The translations under genes were made by a program, and so were the position numbers. A stretch of DNA of 32,000 bases from assembly GCF_936981045.1 (NCBI RefSeq), contig NZ_OW441264.1, positions 300,001-332,000 on the forward strand. Reading direction: 5' to 3'. A model generated the notes under the pieces. It saw only the letters and a program-made list of their open reading frames with translations. It did not search any database and was not told where the DNA came from. Positions within the stretch are counted from its first letter, which is position 1; each line of letters starts with the position of its first letter. Shown in pieces: positions 1 through 5,964 of the stretch. This DNA is from Candidatus Saccharimonadota bacterium (GTDB lineage: Bacteria > Bacteroidota > Bacteroidia > Cytophagales > Amoebophilaceae).

Positions 1-106
1 GGTGTACTTAACGAACTTAAGGAAAGGGGTGTAGAAGATATCCTTATTGTCTGCGTTGATGGCCTAAAAAGCTTCCCTTCAGCCATAAATACCGCTTTTC
101 CTAATA

Positions 107-347
107 ACGTGAGTTCGGGATTTATTTGACTGATTTACAACAATTTAATATCAATTATTTAGTTAATATTTGCACCTATTTAACAAGTTTTTATATCTAA
201 TTTTATAAATATAATATATATAATAAACTGATTACCAGAATTATTTGTTATTCAACTACCTATTTAACTGTCTAATAAAACAAATTTTATAAATTTTCAT
301 TGATATTGATTATCAAATGAAAAAATAATCTAATCCCGAACTCACGT
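107..347 (+). repeat. MITE-like element, copy 1 (241 bp; '+' = arbitrary forward orientation)
   Basis: Starts ACGTGAGTTCGGGATTT and ends CTAATCCCGAACTCACGT, giving a perfect 16-nt terminal inverted repeat ACGTGAGTTCGGGATT. Flanked by direct TAATA (102-106) and TAATA (348-352). Removing the element plus one TAATA restores the IS256-A reading frame. The element is AT-rich with no ORF. Confidence 0.9.
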
Positions 348-488
348 TAATACACAAGTTCAGGTCTGTATAGTACATCAGATACGCAACACACTCAAGT
401 ATGTAGCTAGCAAAGATGTAAAATTTTTTTAACTGATTTAAAGCAAATATATCAAGCTTCAAGTAAGGAAGTTGCTGAACATTATCTA

Positions 489-737
489 TTGGAACTGGAA
501 GAAAAATGGGAAAAAAAGTATCAGATGGTTACCAAATCTTGTCAAAATAATTGGGAGCATTTATCTGCTTATTTTAGGTATTCAGGTCCTGTCAGAAGGC
601 TAATTTATACAACCAATCCCACAGAAAGCTTGCACAGGCAGATTAGACAATTTACTAAGAAAAAGGGGGCATTTACCAGTATAAATTCCTTGTATAAATT
701 AGTATATTGTGCCATAAAAAAGATGGAAGAAAAGTGA
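489..737 (+). pseudogene. C-terminal fragment of IS256-family (type A) transposase
   Basis: The ORF-track protein contains ..RRLIYTTNPTESLHRQIRQFTKKKGAF.., the conserved C-terminal IS256 block. The upstream parts of the same gene lie in other frames and are split by MITE-1. Confidence 0.8.
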
Positions 738-796
738 ACTATGCCCGTGCGAGAATGGGCTTTGTCCACTTAAGTGTGTAAGTTATTTTTTTGGTT

Positions 797-985
797 TTAT
801 TCAATTCTGTTTTCAAATTTAATTAAAAAATGTGCCATAGCCTCGCTCCAGTTATGAATAGAGGTGGTCCATTTTTTAGTCATGTAGTTAATAGTTAGAT
901 ATAATGTTTTAAAAACAGCTAGATCGTTAGGGAACACTCTTTTATTTTTGGTAACTCTACGAAATTGGCTATTTACAGATTCCAA
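797..985 (-). pseudogene. IS256-B transposase, C-terminal segment (frame-shifted from the rest)
   Basis: ..ESVNSQFRRVTKNKRVFPNDLAVFKTLYLTINYMTKKWT..NWSEAMAHFLIKFENRIE is the IS256-type C-terminus. It lies in a different frame from ORF 973..1545. Confidence 0.8.
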
Positions 986-1545
986 ACATTTGTTGTGTAA
1001 ATGACCTTACGTATGGCATTAGGGTACTGTAAAAATACCATCAGATTATCCCAGTTAGCATACCAAGATTGGGCTATTTGTGGGTATTGTTGATTCCACT
1101 TAGTAGCAAAAGCTTCTAAGGCCATCAATGCTTTTTGCTCGGTAACTGCTGTATAAATTGGTTTTAAATCAGCAACTAATACCTTTCTATGTTTATAAGA
1201 AACATACTGCAAACTACCCCTAATTGCATGAACAATACAGAGCTGATGTTCCGTTTTTGGGTATACAGCAGCAATGGCCTCAGACATGCCTGACAAATTA
1301 TCTGTACATGCAATGAGCATATCGTTCATACCCCGATTTTTGAGTTCTGTTAAATTGCCTAACCAAAATTTAGCCCCTTCATTTTCACTCATCCAAAGCC
1401 CTAAAACATCCTTTATGCTAGATCTATCTATACCTAAAGCGACATAGACTGCCTTTTTGATGATGCGCTTATCTTGTCTAACTTTAACTACAAAGCAATC
1501 AAAAAAACAATAGGATAGACTGATTCTAAGGGACGATTTTGCCAT
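973..1545 (-). pseudogene. IS256-B transposase, central catalytic segment
   Basis: ..FFDCFVVKVRQDKRIIKKAVYVALGIDRSSIKDVLGLWMSENEGAKFW...LIACTDNLSGMSEAIAAVYPKTEHQLCIVHAIRGS...VIYTTN carries the DDE-type IS256 blocks. A further frameshift sits in a T-run (7 T here versus 8 T at 10652-10659). Upstream, 1546-1645 still encodes SDIQIQIQELYGAEVSESLISNITDSV. Confidence 0.8.
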
Positions 1546-1751
1546 ATCTTAACATCTTCAACAACAGAGTCTGTGATGTTACTTATCAGGCTTTCACTTA
1601 CTTCTGCGCCATATAATTCCTGTATTTGAATCTGAATATCTGACAACCTAAGTTCGGGATTAGCTTGTTAAAAAATAGCTTTAAAAAGCTCCTTTGTGTT
1701 TTAAATTTGGAGATAAAAAAATACTAACCAGATTATCCAAAGGAGCCAGTT

Positions 1752-2000
1752 ATGAATGTAGAAAAATTAGTTGAAATATATTATGCTGTTGATGAATTTC
1801 TCATAAAGTTTATGCCGTATATGGAAAAACAACTGTTAACCAACTCTAAAAGAAAACCCACTAGAACTTGTTCATTAACTTTGAGTGAAATAATGACTGT
1901 TCTTATTGCCTTTCATGTGATTGGTTTTAGAAATTTTAAGTCTTATTATATTCATTTACAGCAATTTCATTCTAGTAAATTTGGAAAGTTAGTAAGCTAG
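1752..2000 (+). CDS. IS982-family transposase, N-terminal part (ends at in-frame TAG)
   Basis: MNVEKLVEIYYAVDEFLIKF...SLTLSEIMTVLIAFHVIGFRNFKSYY...KFGKLVS* matches the IS982-type N-terminus (xxVDDF, SxSEIxTxxIxF, and the LPSY-xRF region where the stop sits). An AGGAG Shine-Dalgarno sequence lies 7 nt upstream. Confidence 0.8.
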   Translation: MNVEKLVEIYYAVDEFLIKFMPYMEKQLLTNSKRKPTRTCSLTLSEIMTVLIAFHVIGFRNFKSYYIHLQQFHSSKFGKLVS

Positions 2001-2027
2001 AATAGATTTATAGAACTGATCCAAAGA

Positions 2028-2633
2028 ATGTTAGTTCCCTTGTACTGTTTTACACAAAGTTTTTCTAAAACAAAAACAGGTTGTTATTTTATGGATGCAA
2101 CAGCCATCAAGGTTTGCCATATCAAAAGAGCCTATACGCACAGGGTTTTTAAATCGATTGCTACTAAAGGTAAAACCAGCATCGGTTGGTTTTTTGGATT
2201 AAAGTTGCACTTGATAGTCAATGATTTAGGAGAAATTATGAATTTTCAACTGACCACAGGTAAAACTAATGATAGGCTTCCTGTAGAAAATTTATGTAAA
2301 CACTTGATGGGTAAAATGTTTGCCGATAAAGGTTACATAAGCAAAGATTTATTTAAAAAACTGATCGAGAAAGGCGTGGAACTCATTACCCAGATCAGAA
2401 AAAATATGAAAAATGCTTTTATGCCACTTTGGGATAAACTGATGCTTAGAAAACGATCTATAATTGAAACTATTATAGATCAGCTCAAAAATATTAGCCA
2501 GATAGAACATTCCAAGCATAGAAGCATACCTAATTTTCCAGTCAATTTGATAGCTGGAATTACAGCTTATGCACTAAAAGAGAAAAAACCTTCTATAACT
2601 AATATATATATGACTGGTTCACAACGCGTCTAA
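2028..2633 (+). CDS. IS982-family transposase, catalytic C-terminal part (same frame as 1752..2000)
   Basis: ..YFMDATAIKVCHIKRA...GWFFGLKLHLIVNDLGEI...FADKGYISKDLFKKLIEKGVELITQIRKNMKN...RKRSIIETIIDQLKN.. shows the D, D and E blocks characteristic of IS982-family DDE transposases. Confidence 0.85.
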   Translation: MLVPLYCFTQSFSKTKTGCYFMDATAIKVCHIKRAYTHRVFKSIATKGKTSIGWFFGLKLHLIVNDLGEIMNFQLTTGKTNDRLPVENLCKHLMGKMFADKGYISKDLFKKLIEKGVELITQIRKNMKNAFMPLWDKLMLRKRSIIETIIDQLKNISQIEHSKHRSIPNFPVNLIAGITAYALKEKKPSITNIYMTGSQRV

Positions 2634-2741
2634 TCCCGAACTGAGGTTATAAGATACTACTCTTTTTCTTGAAAGATCTCGCAAATGTCGTCATATTGTA
2701 GCTTCGCTCCCATTGGGCCTCTAATGCTTTATAATCTAGTA

Positions 2742-2981
2742 ACGTGAGTTCTGGATTAGATTATTTTTTCATTTGATAATCAATATTGATAAAAATTTAT
2801 AAAATTTGTTTTATAGACAGTTAAATAGGTAGTTGAATAACAAATAATTCTTATAATCAGTTTATTATATATATTATATTTATAAAATTAGATATAAAAA
2901 CTTGTTAAATAGGTGCAAATACTAACTAAATAATTGATATTAAATTGTTGTAAATCAGTCAAATAAATCCCGAACTCACGT
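2742..2981 (-). repeat. MITE-like element, copy 2 (reverse orientation)
   Basis: Collinear with the reverse complement of copy 1 over its full length. It carries the tip variant ACGTGAGTTCTGGATTAG. The flanking pentamers TAGTA and TGCTA are not identical. Confidence 0.85.
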
Positions 2982-3117
2982 TGCTAAGCCAACACAATCA
3001 TTGTGTATTCTTTCTTCCATGGCTAAAACCTTTATCTGTTAAGTATGTAAATTATAACTTTTTAAAGATCTGACACAGTTTATCGAACACTTCCATACGC
3101 TAGGTGCATTGCTGCAG

Positions 3118-3961
3118 GGTTCTGTCGCTTCTATATTTTCGTTAGTAACGTCTTTTCTTTTAAGTGAAGTTTTGGATATATATTGGTTATTATTCGGCCA
3201 TTAGCATAACAAAATTCTCAAAAGTAGAAAGATGATTTTTAGCTCCGATTACTTGTCCTTTTTGAATCATACGAATGTTTTCTATCCCTGCAATGGTAAT
3301 GGCTGCAGCCTTAAGACACTTAAAACTAAGCATAGGTTTTAGCCGTTTTTTGATAAACCTATGATCTTGTTCAACTCTATTATTCAAGTATTTGTTTTGA
3401 AATATTTGAATGGTATGATCTTGATCAAGTTCTGTATTGATCGCATCAAGGGCAGCTTTATTACTACCGCTTTTGTCAATTACTACTTTCTTAGGAATAT
3501 TATTTTCTGTGATCGCCTTACGAAAAAAAGAAAAAGCTGCAGACTTGTCTCTATGCTCAGATAGAAAAAAGTCAACTGTATCACCATAACGATCTACTGC
3601 TCTATATAAATAGATCCACTTCCCGTTTAGTTTAACATAGGTTTCATCCATTCTCCAACTACCACCAACTGGTCGCTTTTTTTTTCTTACTGCTTCATCT
3701 ATAAGAGGAACAAACTTAATAACCCATCTTTGTAGCGTAGAACGATCAACTCTTGCGCCTCTCATACGCACCATCTCTTCCAAATCTCTATAGCTCAAGG
3801 AAAAACGACACTTCATCTAGACAAATAATAGGATGACTTCTGCTGAAGAACAATAGCCTTTAAAATAAGGTAATAATTTGGGCGAAATATTAAACATAAT
3901 AACTACTTTTTTAAATACCGATACTAAAATAATCATTTTTTAGAATAAACGAGACAGAACC
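3118..3961 (-). mobile_element. IS6-family IS (844 bp)
   Basis: The inverted ends are GGTTCTGTCGC (3118-3128) and GAGACAGAACC (3951-3961). A single transposase frame fills the element. The size and layout are typical of the IS6/IS26 family. The 8 nt flanking each side differ, so there is no target duplication. Confidence 0.85.
3190..3897 (-). pseudogene. IS6-family transposase with one in-frame TAG (codon 27)
   Basis: From the ATG at 3897 the frame reads MFNISPKLLPYFKGYCSSAEVILLFV*MKCRFSLSYRDLEEMVRMRGARVDRSTLQRWV...WRMDETYVKLNGKWIYLYRAVD...DKSGSNKAA...VEQDHRFIKKR. This is collinear with IS26-type Tnp (FKG..IIL.AVRWY..Y.LSYRDLEEM). The track ORF 3190..3816 is the part after the TAG at 3817-3819. 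Confidence 0.85.
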
Positions 3962-4013
3962 TTCATGAGCGTATCAATATGGGCTTGTTATGCATACCGG
4001 AAGCAATTAAGGA

Positions 4014-4045
4014 TTTGAATAATGTCCGAATTTATAATATATTTG
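4014..4045 (+). promoter_or_regulatory. Candidate Bacteroidota-type promoter of the rpmB operon
   Basis: TTTG at 4014-4017 is followed 20 nt later by TATATTTG (4038-4045). This fits the published -33 TTTG / -7 TAnnTTTG consensus. It lies 25 nt upstream of the rpmB ATG. Confidence 0.35.
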
Positions 4046-4070
4046 TAGGTATTTTAAAGCATATAGAAAA

Positions 4071-4328
4071 ATGGCAAGAATTTGTGATATAACGGGAAAA
4101 AAGCCTATTGTAGGGAATAATGTATCCTATGCAAATAACAAAACCAAAAGATGGTTTTATCCAAACTTGCAAAGGAAACGTTTTTATGTTCCGGAACAGG
4201 ATATTTGGATTCCATTGAAGGTTTGCACTTCTATTATTCGTACCATCAATAAGAAGGGGATTTATGCGGTGTTAAAAGAGGCCAAGCAGAAGGGGACTTT
4301 GTCCAAGCAATACCACTGGTTGGTCTAA
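4071..4328 (+). CDS. rpmB: 50S ribosomal protein L28
   Basis: MARICDITGKKPIVGNNVSYANNKTKRWFYPNLQRKRFYVPE.. is the canonical L28 N-terminus. Confidence 0.95.
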   Translation: MARICDITGKKPIVGNNVSYANNKTKRWFYPNLQRKRFYVPEQDIWIPLKVCTSIIRTINKKGIYAVLKEAKQKGTLSKQYHWLV

Positions 4329-4370
4329 ATAAGTAATCACTTGAAACTTGATAAATAGTAGTAAAGCAAA

Positions 4371-4556
4371 ATGGCAAAGAAAAAAGGCAGTAGGGTTCAA
4401 GTAATCTTAGAGTGTACAGAGCATAAAAGTAGTGGAATGGCAGGCATGTCGCGGTATTGCACGGAAAAGAATAGAACGACTACTACTGCACGCATGGAAT
4501 TAAAAAAGTATAATCCTATACTTAAACGTCATACCCTTCATAAGGAAATTAAATAA
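4371..4556 (+). CDS. rpmG: 50S ribosomal protein L33
   Basis: [19 protein letters not shown]...[34 protein letters not shown] is the L33 signature. It lies immediately after rpmB. Confidence 0.95.
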   Translation: MAKKKGSRVQVILECTEHKSSGMAGMSRYCTEKNRTTTTARMELKKYNPILKRHTLHKEIK

Positions 4557-4565
4557 TCACCCATT

Positions 4566-4724
4566 ATGGCAAAGAAAGTAGTGGCAACCCTTTCTAAAGG
4601 AGATGCAGTCAAGTTGACCAAGCTGATTCAAGTAAAAAAATCAGCAAAAACCGGGGCTTATACCTTTCGTAGCAGAATTGTACCCTCCGAAGCAATAAAA
4701 GAGATACTATCTAGTAGAACATAG
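4566..4724 (+). CDS. Small conserved protein (DUF4295-like), 52 aa; not in the ORF track
   Basis: From the ATG at 4566 the ORF reads MAKKVVATLSKGDAVKLTKLIQVKKSAKTGAYTFRSRIVPSEAIKEILSSRT and ends at TAG 4722-4724. It starts 10 nt after rpmG. A small basic ORF in exactly this rpmG-ftsY position is typical of Bacteroidota. The family name is from memory and was not searched. Confidence 0.65.
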   Translation: MAKKVVATLSKGDAVKLTKLIQVKKSAKTGAYTFRSRIVPSEAIKEILSSRT

Positions 4725-4836
4725 CCATTGGTCTCTGCTAGCCTTAATAACAGATCGTCTCTTGCCTTGTATATTGCGCAATAGACTGATTCAGCAATCT
4801 ATAGTTTTGCATAGGCAGGAAAATAAGTTACTTGCT

Positions 4837-5790
4837 ATGAGTATTTTTGATTTTTTTTCTAAGCCAGCCACTCCTAAAACACATTTAGTAGAAGTGCTTT
4901 CTAAGACGCGTCAGTCTTTTTGGAGTAAGCTTTCCAAAATTATCGCTGGAAAATCTACCGTTGATAGTGATGTGCTGGATAGGTTAGAGGAATTGCTGAT
5001 TGGTTCAGATGTGGGTGTATCTACAACCCTTAAGATTATAGGTGCTATAGAACAACGTGTAGCACGGGATAAATACCTTACCACAAGTGAACTAGACCAA
5101 ATTTTACAGTCTGAGGCGGAGCAGCTTTTACATGTTGCACCTATATCGAATAAGGATGCTATTGCTCCTGTTCATCCGCACATCATACTTGTAGTAGGGG
5201 TGAATGGTGTAGGTAAAACTACTACCATTGGCAAACTAGCTGCACAGTTTATAACCCAAGGCAAAAAAGTTATACTGGGTGCTGCAGATACTTTTCGTCC
5301 GGCGGCGGTAGAACAGCTTACCATTTGGGGCAATCGCATAGGGGCAGAAGTAGTAGCACGAGAGATGCAATCAGACCCTTCATCCGTTGCATATGAAACG
5401 GTACAACAGACTATACGAAATAATGCAGATGTGGCCATTATAGACACGGCGGGCCGGTTACATACCAAAGTACATCTTATCAATGAACTAGCTAAAATTA
5501 AACGAACCATTCAAAAGTGTCTTCCTGGAGCTCCACAAGAGGTATTATTGGTGCTGGATGGCACAAATGGACAGAATGCCTTCCTTCAAGTAGAAGCTTT
5601 CACAGCTGCTGTAGCCGTAACCGGAATCGTTGTAACCAAACTAGATGGAACCTCTAAAGGAGGCATGGTACTGGGTATAGTAGATCAGTTTTCTATTCCA
5701 ATTAAATATATTGGTGTGGGCGAAAAAGTAGAAGACTTAAGGCCTTTTGATCCCCATGCATTTATCACTTCCTTATTTCATAAATGGTAA
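4837..5790 (+). CDS. ftsY: Signal recognition particle receptor FtsY
   Basis: GVNGVGKTTTIGKLA (G1), DTAGR and TKLDG motifs are present, with a NG-domain layout. I place the start at ATG 4837 (MSIFDFFSKP) rather than the TTG at 4762 used by the track. Confidence 0.93.
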   Translation: MSIFDFFSKPATPKTHLVEVLSKTRQSFWSKLSKIIAGKSTVDSDVLDRLEELLIGSDVGVSTTLKIIGAIEQRVARDKYLTTSELDQILQSEAEQLLHVAPISNKDAIAPVHPHIILVVGVNGVGKTTTIGKLAAQFITQGKKVILGAADTFRPAAVEQLTIWGNRIGAEVVAREMQSDPSSVAYETVQQTIRNNADVAIIDTAGRLHTKVHLINELAKIKRTIQKCLPGAPQEVLLVLDGTNGQNAFLQVEAFTAAVAVTGIVVTKLDGTSKGGMVLGIVDQFSIPIKYIGVGEKVEDLRPFDPHAFITSLFHKW

Positions 5791-5964
5791 AGAATGTATA
5801 TTTTATTTTTTTTGCTTGATAAAGAAGTGTGATATAAATTTTTACCACTGACTTGAACAGGTACTAGCCCAGGCTTACAAAAAGCGGTTAATGGATGGTT
5901 GGTATGCCCCCACGCTTATGGCTGCCGACAAAAAATTTGGCGCGCAGTAAAATTAAGGCAACCA

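Larger units (their letters stand above)
1..757 (+). mobile_element. IS256-family IS remnant, 'type A' (5' part off-window); transposase gene broken by a MITE insertion and frameshifts
   Basis: 1-106 reads GVLNELKERGVEDILIVCVDGLKSFPSAINTAFPN. With the MITE plus one TAATA removed, the frame continues TQVQVCIVHQIRNTLKYVASKD. After a frame change near the T-run at ~425-435 it continues ..LELEEKWEKKYQMVTKSCQNNWEHLSAYFRYSGPVRRLIYTTNPTESLHRQIRQF.. (ORF 489..737). A further frame change gives ..KWTMPVREW. The CxDGL, QxCxVHxxRN and YTTNxxES blocks are typical of IS256/Mutator-type transposases. The remnant is cut off at ~757 by the terminus of the type-B element. Confidence 0.8.
758..1645 (-). mobile_element. 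IS256-family IS 'type B', copy B1 (5'-truncated)
   Basis: The terminus GGCTTTGTCCACTTAAGTGTGTAA (758-781) equals the reverse complement of 11377-11400 with 1 mismatch. The body is collinear with copies at 10069-11400 and 15459-16396. It is truncated at 1645 by, or recombined with, the IS982-like element. Confidence 0.85.
1646..2647 (+). mobile_element. IS982-family IS, copy C1 (1002 bp, full length)
   Basis: The termini ACCTAAGTTCGGGATTAG (1646-1663) and CTAATCCCGAACTGAGGT (2630-2647) are inverted repeats. One long frame (1752..2633) is interrupted only by an in-frame TAG at 1998-2000. The flanks are unrelated, with IS256-B1 on the left and an unassigned remnant on the right, and I see no target duplication. 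Confidence 0.9.

Noticed and set aside
1998-2000. TAG reassignment or suppression as a genome-wide explanation for the in-frame TAGs in the IS982 and IS6 transposases
   Set aside because: TAG is the terminal stop of secA (5965-5967), the RSH gene (19021-19023) and the small ORF at 4722-4724. Each sits at the position expected for the protein end. I cannot exclude low-level read-through, which is kept as a test in the findings.
2648-3117. Unassigned DNA around MITE-2. On the minus strand, after removing the MITE, it reads MEERIHNDCVGLA..DYKALEAQWERSYNMTTFARSFKKKSSIL*
   Set aside because: I could not recognise a family, and the reading depends on how the mismatched MITE flanks (TAGTA/TGCTA) are joined. 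It is bounded by IS982 and IS6, so it may be a remnant of a host gene or of another IS. It is left unannotated.
4762-4836. TTG-initiated 25-codon extension of ftsY given by the track
   Set aside because: The extension (MPCILRNRLIQQSIVLHRQENKLLA) has no counterpart in the usual FtsY N-terminus. An ATG at 4837 opens MSIFDFFSKP, a typical start.
5172-5510. Antisense or overlapping ORFs from the track: 3361..3564, 5172..5510, 8191..8442, 10317..10508, 12663..12992, 18478..18678, 19808..20017, 19990..20229, 24481..24696, 24767..24952, 25046..25234, 26088..26303, 26480..26662, 26652..26858, 26872..27087
   Set aside because: Each lies wholly inside a much longer ORF with clear family motifs (ftsY, secA, the flippase, mltG, the RSH gene, ligA, the desulfurase or a transposase). 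None has any recognisable motif of its own, so these are shadow ORFs.
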